Below are positions 19,629 to 30,356 of a stretch of 64,000 bases of DNA, piece after piece (the stretch's first letter is position 1; every line of letters begins with the position of its first letter). Made by a program: the position numbers and the translations under genes. This DNA is from Flavobacterium sp. (GTDB taxonomy: Bacteria; Bacteroidota; Bacteroidia; Flavobacteriales; Flavobacteriaceae), in contig NZ_JAWUXR010000014.1 in NCBI RefSeq assembly GCF_034111225.1, positions 10,102 to 74,101 on the forward strand. The letters run 5' to 3'. The notes beneath the pieces were generated by a model. The model ran no database searches. It was not told where the DNA came from and was given only the letters and a program-made list of their open reading frames with translations.

Positions 19629-20928
19629 TGCTAAAAATTTAAATAAAGAAAACTCTTTTGTACTCCCTTTTACATTACTTCTTGTTACTATTCCATTTCC
19701 ATTAGGAGTTAACAATATTGCTTTAATTTTTTTTTTAACAACGCTGTTTTTATATTTTAAAAAAATAGAGGTTAAGGCCTCTTACTTTTTATTAATACCG
19801 ATTTTACTTTTTATTTGGTCATCACTTTCTTTTTTTTGGAGCGTTGATCAAGATAGGACTTTAGGGTCAATATCAAAAGGATTAATCTTATTATTAGTCC
19901 CTTTGGCATTTATGTTAATACCAAGATTCAGCAATGGTCAAACAAAGAAAATTATTAAGTTATACAGCTATTCTATTGTAATTTTAGCGACTTTATTTTT
20001 AATCAGAGCATTACTAAGGTTTATTCTCTCAGGAGATAAGCGATCTTTTTTTTATCATGGCGAGTATGATAATGATTACGGTTTAGTTCCGAAAAGTTTA
20101 AATGCAATACATGTTTCGGTTTATGTTGTTTTAGCTTTTTTTTATTTTTTTCAAAAAGAGATTAAATCTAAAAGAGATTATGTGTTTTCTCTTTTGCTAT
20201 TTGTATTTACACTGCTTCTGTCTTCTAAAAACATTATTTTGGTTTTTATTATTTTAATTCTAGTTCAGATATTATTTTACTCTAAAATTGCTAATAAATT
20301 AAGGTTAAGAAACATTACAATAATTATTTTTTTAATTGGGTTCATGCTTTCTTTTTCGAATATTAAAAATAGATTTTTAATTGAATTTCAAACTAATACA
20401 GGTAAAAGTTTAAGTCATAATGTTTCAATTGATCAAAATAAAGGCATAAACAATATTAGTATTGCTGACGCTTGGTGTAAAGAAGAGTTTCACCCATCAG
20501 ATTATTTCCCTGGAACAGCATTTAGAGTTTATCAAGCTAGGATGTTTTTTGAACTATTAAAAGAAGAGCCAATTTTCCTTAAAGGACTTGGATTAAACGC
20601 TTCTTATAAAAAATTATTAGAAAAAGAGAAAAAATACAATCTTCATGAAGGTTATGGTACATTTAATTTTCATAATCAATATTTTCAAAATTTCGCCGAT
20701 TTGGGTTTTGTGGGCTTTTTAATTTTAATTCTCCTTTTGATTATTAACATTAAAAATGCATTTAAAAATAAAAATTTTATACATATTACTTTTGCTATTC
20801 TAATGATAAGTTTATTTTTGACGGAATCATTTTTATATAGGCAAAGAGGAGTTGTCTTTTTTACTCTGTTTTATTGTATTTTTAATTTTAATAATGATTT
20901 ATTTTTTTTTAATAAAAAAACAAAATGA
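19588..20928 (+). CDS. O-antigen ligase (WaaL/Wzy_C) family protein
   Basis: Multiple TM helices; LLSSK, periplasmic loop R motif, [17 protein letters not shown]. Confidence 0.8.
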   Translation: MNNIYNFFKNVYNNAKNLNKENSFVLPFTLLLVTIPFPLGVNNIALIFFLTTLFLYFKKIEVKASYFLLIPILLFIWSSLSFFWSVDQDRTLGSISKGLILLLVPLAFMLIPRFSNGQTKKIIKLYSYSIVILATLFLIRALLRFILSGDKRSFFYHGEYDNDYGLVPKSLNAIHVSVYVVLAFFYFFQKEIKSKRDYVFSLLLFVFTLLLSSKNIILVFIILILVQILFYSKIANKLRLRNITIIIFLIGFMLSFSNIKNRFLIEFQTNTGKSLSHNVSIDQNKGINNISIADAWCKEEFHPSDYFPGTAFRVYQARMFFELLKEEPIFLKGLGLNASYKKLLEKEKKYNLHEGYGTFNFHNQYFQNFADLGFVGFLILILLLIINIKNAFKNKNFIHITFAILMISLFLTESFLYRQRGVVFFTLFYCIFNFNNDLFFFNKKTK

Positions 20929-21908
20929 AAAGAATATTAATTACAGGAGCGGCAGGATTTTTAGGATCACATTTATGTGATCGTTTTTTAGCAGAAGGAT
21001 ATTTTGTTATAGGAATGGATAACCTTATTACTGGGGATTTAAAAAATATTGAACATTTATTCAAAGAAAAGAACTTCGAATTTTACCATCATGATATCAC
21101 TAAATTTGTTCATGTTCCAGGAGAATTAGATTATATTTTGCATTTTGCATCTCCAGCAAGTCCAATTGATTATTTAAAAATTCCAATTCAAACTTTAAAA
21201 GTTGGATCACTCGGCACTCATAATTTATTAGGACTAGCGCGTGTTAAAAAAGCAAGAATTTTAATTGCTTCAACTTCAGAAATATACGGAGATCCATTAG
21301 TCCACCCTCAAACGGAAGAATACTATGGTAATGTAAATACTATTGGTCCAAGGGGTGTTTATGATGAGGCAAAACGTTTTCAAGAGTCAATTACAATGGC
21401 GTATCATACTTTTCACGGGGTTGAGACACGCATATTAAGAATATTTAACACTTATGGCCCTAGAATGCGATTAAACGATGGTCGTGTTATACCAGCATTT
21501 ATTGGACAAGCATTACGTGGAGAAGATTTAACTGTTTTTGGAGACGGTGGTCAAACACGTTCTTTTTGCTATGTTGATGATCAAGTTGAAGGAATTTGGA
21601 GATTATTGCATTCTGATTATCATATGCCAGTAAATATTGGAAACCCTGACGAAATTACGATTAGAGATTTTGCCGAAGAGATAATTAAGCTAACGGGAAC
21701 AACTCAAAAGATTATTTATAAAGACCTTCCTATGAACGACCCTTTGCAGCGTCAACCTGATATTACAAAAGCAAGAGAGATTTTAGGATGGGAACCAAAG
21801 ATTGGTAGAGAAGAAGGGATGAAAATAACTTATGACTATTTCAAATCATTATCTGCAGAGGAATTAGCAAAAGAAGAACATAAAGATTTTACTAAATACA
21901 TTTACTAA
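20925..21908 (+). CDS. UDP-glucuronic acid decarboxylase (UDP-xylose synthase)
   Basis: [42 protein letters not shown]. Confidence 0.93.
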   Translation: MKRILITGAAGFLGSHLCDRFLAEGYFVIGMDNLITGDLKNIEHLFKEKNFEFYHHDITKFVHVPGELDYILHFASPASPIDYLKIPIQTLKVGSLGTHNLLGLARVKKARILIASTSEIYGDPLVHPQTEEYYGNVNTIGPRGVYDEAKRFQESITMAYHTFHGVETRILRIFNTYGPRMRLNDGRVIPAFIGQALRGEDLTVFGDGGQTRSFCYVDDQVEGIWRLLHSDYHMPVNIGNPDEITIRDFAEEIIKLTGTTQKIIYKDLPMNDPLQRQPDITKAREILGWEPKIGREEGMKITYDYFKSLSAEELAKEEHKDFTKYIY

Positions 21909-23261
21909 TTGTCAACTAAAACAGGAAGATATTCTGGTTATATTAGACCTACATTAATATTTTTAGATTTACTAATTATAAATCTAATGGTATTATTGTG
22001 TTTGCGTTCTGCAATGAGTAATTTTGGGTATCATAGTATATTGTCGATTTTTTGGCTAGTTATTTCTTATTACTCTGGCTATTATGAGGTGTATCGATTT
22101 ACGAAAGGAATTGAAATTTCAGGTAAATTATTTAAACAATTTTTATTTATAAGTTTAATTACTTTTGCATACGTAGGATTTAAATACAAATATGTAACCA
22201 CTAAAGAAATAGGACTTTATGTGTTTTACTCATTTATAACGGTAGCGTTTTTAAAATTTGCAGTTTTTTATTTTTTAAAAAAGTACCGGTTATTTTATGG
22301 TGGAAATTTCAGAAGAGTTATCATTTTAGGAAACGGAAAAAGTGTTGATGAATTAAAGTTTTTTTTTACAAAAAATCCCGATTATGGATATAATTTAACC
22401 AAAATATTTGATTTAAAAGTTAATAAAAAATTAGAAATTAATGAATGCAATAAATATGTTATTGATAATAAAATAGACGAAATATATGCCTCTATTAACT
22501 CTTTAACTAATAAAGAAATTGACGACTTAATTCATTTTGCTGACAACAATTTAAAAACAATTAAATTTTTACCTGATAGTAAAAATACTTTTTTACGGAA
22601 TTTAGCAGTTGAATATTATGGGTATATTCCAATTATTGCATTAAGAACCATTCCTTTAGATAAAGAAATAAACAAACGCTTAAAAAGAGTTTTTGACATC
22701 GTTTTTTCTATATTAATCATTATTTGCCTTCTTTCGTGGTTAACCCCTGTAATTGCTCTATTGATTTTAATAGAATCAAAAGGACCAATATTTTTTAAAC
22801 AAAAGCGAAACGGATTGAATTATGAAGAGTTTTATTGTTATAAATTTCGCTCTATGCATTTAAACCCTATTGCAGATATAGAGCAAGTCCAAAAAAACGA
22901 TCCAAGAATCACAAAAATCGGCAAGTTTATTAGGAAAACAAGTATTGATGAATTACCCCAGTTTTTTAATGTTTTTTTGGGAGAAATGTCTGTAGTTGGT
23001 CCAAGGCCTCATATGGTAAGTCATACAGAAATGTATGCGAAAAGCGTTGATAAATTTATGGTTAGACATTTTATTAAACCCGGAATCACTGGTTTGGCCC
23101 AAACAAACGGCTATCGAGGAGAAGTAGAATCGGATAAGGATATAATTAACAGGGTTAAATATGATATTTTCTATATTGAGAATTGGTCTATTTTACTTGA
23201 CTTTAAAATTGTAATTAACACTATTTTCAATGCAATTAGAGGTGAAAAAAAAGCATATTAA
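21909..23261 (+). CDS. wcaJ: undecaprenyl-phosphate glucose phosphotransferase
   Basis: 4 N-terminal TM helices, KRVFD, YKFRSM, RKTSIDELPQ, VGPRP, KPGITGLAQ; TTG start. Confidence 0.9.
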   Translation: MSTKTGRYSGYIRPTLIFLDLLIINLMVLLCLRSAMSNFGYHSILSIFWLVISYYSGYYEVYRFTKGIEISGKLFKQFLFISLITFAYVGFKYKYVTTKEIGLYVFYSFITVAFLKFAVFYFLKKYRLFYGGNFRRVIILGNGKSVDELKFFFTKNPDYGYNLTKIFDLKVNKKLEINECNKYVIDNKIDEIYASINSLTNKEIDDLIHFADNNLKTIKFLPDSKNTFLRNLAVEYYGYIPIIALRTIPLDKEINKRLKRVFDIVFSILIIICLLSWLTPVIALLILIESKGPIFFKQKRNGLNYEEFYCYKFRSMHLNPIADIEQVQKNDPRITKIGKFIRKTSIDELPQFFNVFLGEMSVVGPRPHMVSHTEMYAKSVDKFMVRHFIKPGITGLAQTNGYRGEVESDKDIINRVKYDIFYIENWSILLDFKIVINTIFNAIRGEKKAY

Positions 23262-24013
23262 TGAACAACTTAGTTTCTATAATAACACCAAGTTATAATT
23301 CTGCAAAATATATTGCAGAAACAATAGAATCAGTACAAAGTCAGACTTACACAAATTGGGAAATGCTTATTGTAGATGACGCTTCATCAGACAACACGGA
23401 GCAAGTTATTAATCAATTTCAATCAACAGATAAAAGAATTCGTTTTTTTAAATTAACTCAAAATTCGGGAAGTGGCGTTGCTCGAAATGTTGGAATTGAA
23501 AATGCATTGGGTGATTACATGACTTTTATTGATGCAGATGATATTTGGTTTTCAACTTTTATTGAAAAAAGCATCCAAACAATTCAAACCAAAAAAGTGT
23601 CTTTTGTATTTTCATCCTATAAACGTTCAAACGAAGATTTAGAATTTGTTTTTTCTGATTTTATTGTGCCTCAAAAAGTAACTTATACTGATATTTTAAA
23701 ATCTAATTCAATAAGTTGTTTAACAGCGTTTCTAGACATAAAAATTCTTGGAAAGAAATACATGCCAAAAATTAGAAAACGACAAGATATGGGCTTGTGG
23801 CTGCAATATTTAAAAGAAATACCATTTGCTTTTGGAATTCAAGAACCTCAAGCAATTTATAGAATCCGCGAAAACTCTTTGTCTAGAAAAAAGACAGATT
23901 TATTAAAGTATCAATGGGAATTTTATAGACAAGTAGAAAAATTATCAATTATTAAATCTACTTATTATATGGCTCAGTGGATGTATAGAGGTTTTATGAA
24001 ATATCGCAATTAA
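23261..24013 (+). CDS. GT2 glycosyltransferase (TuaG-like)
   Basis: SIITPSYN, VDDASSD, FIDADD, KRQDMGLWL. Confidence 0.9.
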   Translation: MNNLVSIITPSYNSAKYIAETIESVQSQTYTNWEMLIVDDASSDNTEQVINQFQSTDKRIRFFKLTQNSGSGVARNVGIENALGDYMTFIDADDIWFSTFIEKSIQTIQTKKVSFVFSSYKRSNEDLEFVFSDFIVPQKVTYTDILKSNSISCLTAFLDIKILGKKYMPKIRKRQDMGLWLQYLKEIPFAFGIQEPQAIYRIRENSLSRKKTDLLKYQWEFYRQVEKLSIIKSTYYMAQWMYRGFMKYRN

Positions 24014-25320
24014 AGTAAAGACTGAAATTGCTTTAATTTACCTCGTTTAGTTCGTTCAAGCACATTTTTTCGATGATAAGTAAAATGCAACCCAGTTTCT
24101 AAATATTTGGCAATTGCTTTTTCAATTTCTGCTATTTGCTTAGAATTTAATTCTGTTTCACTTACATAATCTACTTCAAAACTATCTATTTTCGTTTGGC
24201 GAATGATAAATTCTTTTACATTACCATCATCTTCAATAATACTTTTGGTAACATAATAAAACGTTAGTCCAGGAGATTTTTTTCCGCTTGGTAAAATTGC
24301 TAAATCACTTGTCCTTCCAATTAACTTTTTTAAAATTGGTTTTTTTGCGGTACTATTTTCATCTAAAACACCTATATCGCCAATTTCATATCTAATAAAT
24401 GGATGTGCTTTATTGTATAATGAAGTAATAACGATTTTTCCTTCCATTCCATTTGGAACAGATTGGTTGTTTTCATCTAAAATTTCTACAAATAAAGTTT
24501 CAGAGTTTACTTGCCATTCTCCTTTTGGATTTTGAAAAGCAATTAAATCTAGTTCTGAAGCCCCATATTCATTTACAATAGGAATCCCTAAGTGTTTTTC
24601 TAACAAAATTTTATCTTCTTCAAATAACATTTCAGAAGTAACCATACATACCTTTAAAGTTGGACAAACATCTTTTAAAATAATATTTTGACTTTTTAGA
24701 TATTTTCCAAATAATACAATGGAGCTAGTATAGCCGTTTATATAATCAAATTTTTTTGCTTTGAAATGTTTTAAAACCTCTTCTAATTTTTTGTCAGATA
24801 AATCAAAAATTGGAAATCGATAACGTTTACTTAAAAAATCTTTCAAACGTTCTTTATGATAACCCATAAAGTCTAATGGAATTCCGTAAAACCGAGCTTG
24901 ATATGATTTATTAAAATTAACTCCGTACCAACCAAATCGATAAATAATGGAGGCCCAAGTTATAGCATGTGCTTCTTTATCTTTTGCAAAAACAAATGGA
25001 TCGCCACTAGATCCAGAAGTTTTATTTACAAACACCGATTTTTCTGAATAACCATTTGAAATTCTTTCTTTAAGTGGTTGTTGTAAATCTTTTTTAGTTA
25101 AAACAGGAAGTTCGTTCCAATTTTCCAAAATATTTGTTCCAACTATCTTATTATAAAATAAATTATTTTTCAAATGAAATTCAACAATTTCTTTCCTTTT
25201 AAGTTCAATAAATTTAGAGTAATCTCCTTCAGAAACATTCAATATTTCATTAAAGTTAGCTTGCGCTTTCTTAATTGGAAAACCATTTAGTTTTAAAGAA
25301 AGATGAAATAGATTAAACAT
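24010..25320 (-). CDS. phenylacetate-CoA ligase/CapK family ANL adenylating enzyme
   Basis: TSGSSG, NEYGASE, PFIRYEIGD, GRTSD motifs. Confidence 0.85.
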   Translation of the reverse strand: MFNLFHLSLKLNGFPIKKAQANFNEILNVSEGDYSKFIELKRKEIVEFHLKNNLFYNKIVGTNILENWNELPVLTKKDLQQPLKERISNGYSEKSVFVNKTSGSSGDPFVFAKDKEAHAITWASIIYRFGWYGVNFNKSYQARFYGIPLDFMGYHKERLKDFLSKRYRFPIFDLSDKKLEEVLKHFKAKKFDYINGYTSSIVLFGKYLKSQNIILKDVCPTLKVCMVTSEMLFEEDKILLEKHLGIPIVNEYGASELDLIAFQNPKGEWQVNSETLFVEILDENNQSVPNGMEGKIVITSLYNKAHPFIRYEIGDIGVLDENSTAKKPILKKLIGRTSDLAILPSGKKSPGLTFYYVTKSIIEDDGNVKEFIIRQTKIDSFEVDYVSETELNSKQIAEIEKAIAKYLETGLHFTYHRKNVLERTKRGKLKQFQSLL

Positions 25321-25336
25321 TGAAAGTTATTTGAAT

Positions 25337-25410
25337 CAAAAATAAAAAAACCAAAATCCTTAAACTATTAACTTCAAACTTTTTTTTAAAAATAAAACAA
25401 AGTATTTTTG
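25337..25410. promoter_or_regulatory. divergent -7 elements (CapK-like gene / purD)
   Basis: TATTTTTG on - strand (25337-25344) and + strand (25403-25410). Confidence 0.55.
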
Positions 25411-25431
25411 CAGCAACAAACAACACACAAC

Positions 25432-26703
25432 ATGACTATTTTACTTTTAGGTTCTGGCGGAAGAGAACATGCTTTAGCTTGGAAAATGTTACAAAGCGAT
25501 CAATGTACTAAACTTTTTGTAGCGCCAGGAAACGCAGGAACTGCGTCTATAGCAACTAACGTTTCTTTAGATCCAAACGATTTCGGAGCGGTTAAAAAAT
25601 TGGTTCTAAGTGAAAACATTCAAATGGTGGTTGTAGGTCCAGAAGATCCGTTGGTAAATGGAATCTACGATTTCTTTAAAAACGATTCAGAATTAAATGC
25701 AATTCCAGTAATTGGTCCGTCTAAAGTTGGAGCACAATTAGAGGGAAGTAAGGAGTTTGCAAAAGAATTTTTAGTAAAACATAATATTCCAACAGCTGCT
25801 TACGATAGCTTTACTAAAGATACCGTTGAGGCAGGTTGTAGGTTTTTAGAAACTTTACAAGCGCCTTATGTTTTAAAAGCAGATGGTTTAGCAGCGGGTA
25901 AGGGAGTTTTAATACTTAATGATTTAGAGGAAGCTAAAGCAGAACTTAGAAACATGTTATTGGATGCGAAATTTGGCGATGCCAGTTCAAAAGTGGTTAT
26001 CGAAGAATTTTTAGACGGAATTGAATTAAGTTGTTTTGTTTTAACTGATGGGAAAAACTATAAAATTCTTCCAACGGCTAAAGATTATAAAAGAATTGGC
26101 GAAGGCGACACGGGCTTAAATACAGGTGGAATGGGAGCAGTTTCTCCAGTTCCTTTCGCTGACGCTGTTTTACTTGAAAAAATTGAAACCCGAATTGTAA
26201 AGCCTACAATCGAAGGTTTGCAAAAAGACAATATTGAATACAAAGGCTTTGTGTTCATAGGCCTTATTAATGTGAAAGGCGAACCAATTGTTATTGAGTA
26301 TAACGTAAGAATGGGTGATCCTGAAACTGAAGTGGTAATGCCAAGATTAAAGTCTGATTTAGTTGAAGTTTTCAATGCGATGGCAAAACAAGAATTAGAT
26401 AAAATTCAACTTGAGATTGACGAAAGAAGTGCAACTACAATTATGATTGTTTCTGGAGGATATCCAGAAGATTATGAAAAAGGTAAAGAAATTACCGGTC
26501 TAGATACAATTGAAGACTCTTTAGTTTTTCATGCAGGAACTAAATTAGAAAACGGAAAGGTACTAACTAACGGAGGGCGAGTTTTAGCAATAACTTCATA
26601 TGGCAATACCTTTGAAGAAGCCATAAAAAAATCTTATCAAAATATAAACAAGTTACATTTTGATAAGATGAATTACCGAAAAGACATCGGATTTGATTTA
26701 TAA
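25432..26703 (+). CDS. purD: phosphoribosylamine--glycine ligase
   Basis: LLLGSGGREHAL, LEGSKEFAK, KADGLAAGKGV, NTGGMG, RMGDPE; start at MTILL. Confidence 0.97.
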   Translation: MTILLLGSGGREHALAWKMLQSDQCTKLFVAPGNAGTASIATNVSLDPNDFGAVKKLVLSENIQMVVVGPEDPLVNGIYDFFKNDSELNAIPVIGPSKVGAQLEGSKEFAKEFLVKHNIPTAAYDSFTKDTVEAGCRFLETLQAPYVLKADGLAAGKGVLILNDLEEAKAELRNMLLDAKFGDASSKVVIEEFLDGIELSCFVLTDGKNYKILPTAKDYKRIGEGDTGLNTGGMGAVSPVPFADAVLLEKIETRIVKPTIEGLQKDNIEYKGFVFIGLINVKGEPIVIEYNVRMGDPETEVVMPRLKSDLVEVFNAMAKQELDKIQLEIDERSATTIMIVSGGYPEDYEKGKEITGLDTIEDSLVFHAGTKLENGKVLTNGGRVLAITSYGNTFEEAIKKSYQNINKLHFDKMNYRKDIGFDL

Positions 26704-26708
26704 TATAT

Positions 26709-26740
26709 AAGCTCCTCTGTTTTAAGAGGAGTTTTTTATT
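26709..26740. terminator. intrinsic terminator after purD
   Basis: CTCCTCT-loop-AGAGGAG followed by T6. Confidence 0.7.
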
Positions 26741-26969
26741 TATTTAAAAAAGAATGTGCAGTTGTGTCCTGGTCATCTTCATTGTTTGCTTTGAAAAGGT
26801 TCAATTGTTTAATCCAATAAACCATAGCTCCACAACAAATAAGAATAAAGAACCAGTTGATGAAGTTTGCAGCCCACCAATTAGTTAATTCCAAATCTCT
26901 TAATGCGTTAAACGGTAAAAATAAAAAGTCTGTAAAAAGACTACCTATAGCTTCAAAAAATGATTTCAT
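26736..26969 (-). CDS. small membrane protein (DUF6341-like)
   Basis: 77 aa with one TM helix; NWWAANFINW and TTAHSFL resemble a conserved Flavobacteriaceae family; -7 motif at 26995-27002. Confidence 0.7.
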   Translation of the reverse strand: MKSFFEAIGSLFTDFLFLPFNALRDLELTNWWAANFINWFFILICCGAMVYWIKQLNLFKANNEDDQDTTAHSFLNK

Positions 26970-27014
26970 TATATAAAATGTTATATTTACATCACAAAAG
27001 TATAAAATATCTTT

Positions 27015-27944
27015 ATGATAGCAAGCGTTTTTAGTAAAACAAGACCAATTAATTATTTATTAATTGGATTTTTTATAGTTATTTCTTTTATTGCTTATAT
27101 TATAAGCAAAGAAAAATTCAATTTAGATTGGTTAAATGTGATTAATCAATCATTGTTTTTAGGTTTAATTATTGCCTCAACGGTTTTAGTAAATTTTATA
27201 TCGTTAAAGAATGATTTAACTAAAAACAACACCTATGCAGCGTTTTTGTTTTTTACTTTCATGTTGTTTTTCCCGTCAATCTTTGAAAATAAAAACATTC
27301 TTATTTCTAACTTTTTATTATTGTTAGCTTTAAGAAGGTTGATTTCTTTAAAATCCATGATCAGCACAAAAGAAAAAATATTTGATGCCTCTTTTTGGAT
27401 TTTCTTATCAGCTCTATTCCATTTCTGGAGCGTTTTTTATATTATATTAGTATTTATTTCAATTATACTTGACGTTTCAAGAGATTTCAAAAACTGGTTA
27501 ATTCCTTTTATTGCTTTATTTACAGTAATTATTTTATTTTTTCTTTTCAATGAAATTTTAGATAATTCACTATATGAGAGATTGTTAAACAAAACATACA
27601 TTGGGTTTAATTTTTCTTATTTTGAAAATGTATACCAAAATTTGGCACTTGCCATTTTCACCTCAATATCATTATTATTATTTGTTAGTTTTATAACGGG
27701 AATAAACAAGAAAATGTTGAACATGCAAACCTCTTACAAAAAAATACTTTTTTCTTTTGTTTTAGGTGTTGGAATATACATTCTTTCTGCAAATAAAAAC
27801 AATGGGTATTTGGCATTTAGCCTTGCCCCGTTAGCTATTATTGGAGCAAACTTTTTGGAAGATTTAAAAACAAATTGGGTAAAAGAAACAACGTTGTATA
27901 TTTTCTTTTTTCTAGGTGTTTTCTTTTTTATAACTCAATTATAG
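27015..27944 (+). CDS. integral membrane protein (DUF6427-like)
   Basis: 309 aa, about 10 TM helices, EKIFDAS motif. Confidence 0.7.
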   Translation: MIASVFSKTRPINYLLIGFFIVISFIAYIISKEKFNLDWLNVINQSLFLGLIIASTVLVNFISLKNDLTKNNTYAAFLFFTFMLFFPSIFENKNILISNFLLLLALRRLISLKSMISTKEKIFDASFWIFLSALFHFWSVFYIILVFISIILDVSRDFKNWLIPFIALFTVIILFFLFNEILDNSLYERLLNKTYIGFNFSYFENVYQNLALAIFTSISLLLFVSFITGINKKMLNMQTSYKKILFSFVLGVGIYILSANKNNGYLAFSLAPLAIIGANFLEDLKTNWVKETTLYIFFFLGVFFFITQL

Positions 27945-28592
27945 TTTGTCACCATAAGCTAAATCACCAGCATCGCCTAGACCAGGAATGATGTAATTTT
28001 TTTCATTTAATTTTTCGTCTAAAGCAGCAACCCATAAATGACAATTTTCAGGCAAATTTTCTTCTAGAAACTTTATTCCTTCTGGAGCAGCAATAACAAC
28101 TGCAATGTGAATTTCTTTTGGTTTTTGTTCTAAATGCAATTTATTTAAAACAGCAACTAATGATTGACCTGTTGCCAACATAGGGTCAATAAGAATTAAG
28201 TTTTTATCTTGAAAAGAAGGAGCAGCTTGGTATTCTACTAAAATTTCAAACTTATCGTCGTTATTATAATGATGTCTATAAGCAGAAACAAAACCGTTTT
28301 CGGCATCATCGAAAAAATTCATAAAACCAGTATGAAGGGCTAAACCTGCTCTTAAAATGGAGCATAAAACGACATTGTCTGCAATGGTTGTAGTGTGTTT
28401 TATGCCTAATGGTGTTTGTACACTAATTTCTTTGTATTCTAAATTTTTACTTAATTCATAAGCCATAATTTCACCTATACGTTCTATGTTTTTTCTAAAA
28501 CGCATGCTGTCTTTTTGGATGTTTACATCTCTTATTTGAGTTAAAAAATGATTTAAGATACTGTTCTGCTCAGAGATATAGTGAATTTGCAT
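27939..28592 (-). CDS. upp: uracil phosphoribosyltransferase
   Basis: SILRAGL, LIDPMLATG, YIIPGLGDAGDLAYG; start set at MQIHY. Confidence 0.95.
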   Translation of the reverse strand: MQIHYISEQNSILNHFLTQIRDVNIQKDSMRFRKNIERIGEIMAYELSKNLEYKEISVQTPLGIKHTTTIADNVVLCSILRAGLALHTGFMNFFDDAENGFVSAYRHHYNNDDKFEILVEYQAAPSFQDKNLILIDPMLATGQSLVAVLNKLHLEQKPKEIHIAVVIAAPEGIKFLEENLPENCHLWVAALDEKLNEKNYIIPGLGDAGDLAYGDKL

Positions 28593-28666
28593 TTGAATAA
28601 AGTTTAATTTTTCAGGATAAAAGTACAAAAAATCCTTATTTTTGTAGAAATTAAAACCATTTAATC

Positions 28667-29272
28667 ATGTTTGCAGAATTAGCCTTCCCTATTTTTGAAG
28701 AGAGTATAAAACTATATCATGTAATTGATGATGCGTATCAGCCTAGTCAAAACCCTTATGATAAAGGTTCAATAGAACATTTATTATTTGCTAAAAACTG
28801 GGTTGACACAGTACAATGGCATTATGAAGACATTATTCGTGACCCGAATATTGACCCTGTTGCAGCTTTGGTTTTAAAGCGTAAAATTGATGCTTCAAAC
28901 CAAGTTCGTACGGATATGGTTGAATATATTGATAGTTATTTTTTAGACAAATATAAAGATGTTCAAGTAAAACCAAATGCTAAAATTAATACCGAAAGTC
29001 CGGCATGGGCAATTGATAGGTTATCAATTTTAGCCTTAAAAATTTACCATATGAATGAAGAAGCGACTCGTACTTCTGCTTCAGCTGAACACAAAGCAAA
29101 ATGTCAAGAAAAGTTAAATGTACTTTTAGATCAAAAAAACGATATGTTTATTTCTATTAGTCAATTGATTATCGATTTTGAAAATGGCGATAAATTCATG
29201 AAAGTATACAAACAAATGAAAATGTATAACGATGATGATTTAAATCCTGTTTTATATCAAAACAAAAAATAG
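28667..29272 (+). CDS. DUF4254 domain protein
   Basis: QWHYEDIIRDP, KRKIDASNQ, TESPAWAIDRLSIL. Confidence 0.85.
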   Translation: MFAELAFPIFEESIKLYHVIDDAYQPSQNPYDKGSIEHLLFAKNWVDTVQWHYEDIIRDPNIDPVAALVLKRKIDASNQVRTDMVEYIDSYFLDKYKDVQVKPNAKINTESPAWAIDRLSILALKIYHMNEEATRTSASAEHKAKCQEKLNVLLDQKNDMFISISQLIIDFENGDKFMKVYKQMKMYNDDDLNPVLYQNKK

Positions 29273-29282
29273 TCATCATTTG

Positions 29283-30317
29283 ATGCCTAAACCAAAACAT
29301 ATATTAGTTATAAGGCTCTCAGCTATGGGTGATGTCGCAATGACAGTTCCAGTGTTGAGGGCTTTTTCTGTTCACCATCCTGATGTAAAAATCACAGTTG
29401 TTTCAAGATCGTTCTTTGAGCCTTTTTTTAACGATATTTCAAATCTTACTTTTTTCCCAATTGATTTAAAACAAAGACATAAAGGGTTTTTAGGTTTGTG
29501 GCGTTTGTTTTTAGATTTACGAAAGTTAAAAATTACTGCTGTTGCTGATTTACACAATGTGCTTCGTTCACAAGTTGTTCGAACTTTTTTTAAATTATCA
29601 GGAAAAAAAGTTGCGGCTACAAATAAAGGAAGAGCAGATAAAAAAGCGTTAACAAGAGCAGAAAATAAGGTTTTTGAACCCGTAAAATCGATGTTTGAGC
29701 GTCATGTAGAAACATTTGAAAAGTTAGGTTTTTCGGTAGATTTATCAAATCCAACTTTTCCAAAAAAAGCGAACTTATCTAATGAAATTGTTGAGATAAT
29801 TGGTTCTAATTACCAAAAATTAATTGGAATTGCGCCTTTTGCACAATATAAATCTAAAGTATATCCTTTAGATTTAATGCAAAGTGTAATTGATGAATTG
29901 GCTAAGGAAGAAAAATATAAAATTCTTCTTTTTGGCGGCGGAAATGAAGAAGTACAAAAACTGAATCAGTTAAAATCAAACCATTCAAATGTAATTGTTA
30001 TTGCAGGTAAAATAAAATTGAAGCAAGAGTTAGAACTTATATCAAATTTAGATATAATGTTATCCATGGATAGCGGAAACGCGCACATAGCGGCAATGCT
30101 AGGTGTAAAAGTAATTACACTTTGGGGAACCACACACCCTTATGCGGGTTTTAAACCATTTAATCAACCATTAGAAAACTGTATTACATCTGATAGAAAA
30201 CAATATCCATTATTACCTACTTCTGTTTATGGAAATAAAAATGTAGAGGGTTATCATGATGTTATGCGAACAATTTTACCAAATACAATTGTGGAAAAAG
30301 TAAAAAGGCCGACGTAA
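29283..30317 (+). CDS. GT9 heptosyltransferase-like glycosyltransferase
   Basis: IRLSAMGDV, DLHNVLRS, SMDSGNAHIAA, WGTTHP. Confidence 0.9.
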   Translation: MPKPKHILVIRLSAMGDVAMTVPVLRAFSVHHPDVKITVVSRSFFEPFFNDISNLTFFPIDLKQRHKGFLGLWRLFLDLRKLKITAVADLHNVLRSQVVRTFFKLSGKKVAATNKGRADKKALTRAENKVFEPVKSMFERHVETFEKLGFSVDLSNPTFPKKANLSNEIVEIIGSNYQKLIGIAPFAQYKSKVYPLDLMQSVIDELAKEEKYKILLFGGGNEEVQKLNQLKSNHSNVIVIAGKIKLKQELELISNLDIMLSMDSGNAHIAAMLGVKVITLWGTTHPYAGFKPFNQPLENCITSDRKQYPLLPTSVYGNKNVEGYHDVMRTILPNTIVEKVKRPT

Positions 30318-30331
30318 AAACATCGACCCTT
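30305..30331 (-). terminator. intrinsic terminator of the tail-fibre-like gene
   Basis: Minus-strand RNA AAGGGUCGAUG-UUUUUA-CGUCGGCCUU folds to 11 bp using G-U pairs, followed by a U tract. Confidence 0.65.
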
Positions 30332-30356
30332 AAACCAATCTAACATCTTAATATTT

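Noticed and set aside
17470-19736. 10-nt homopolymers in the GT4 (17470-17479) and ligase (19727-19736) genes as phase-variation tracts
   Set aside because: A few A/T runs of 10 are expected by chance in 64 kb at about 70% AT, and both frames are intact
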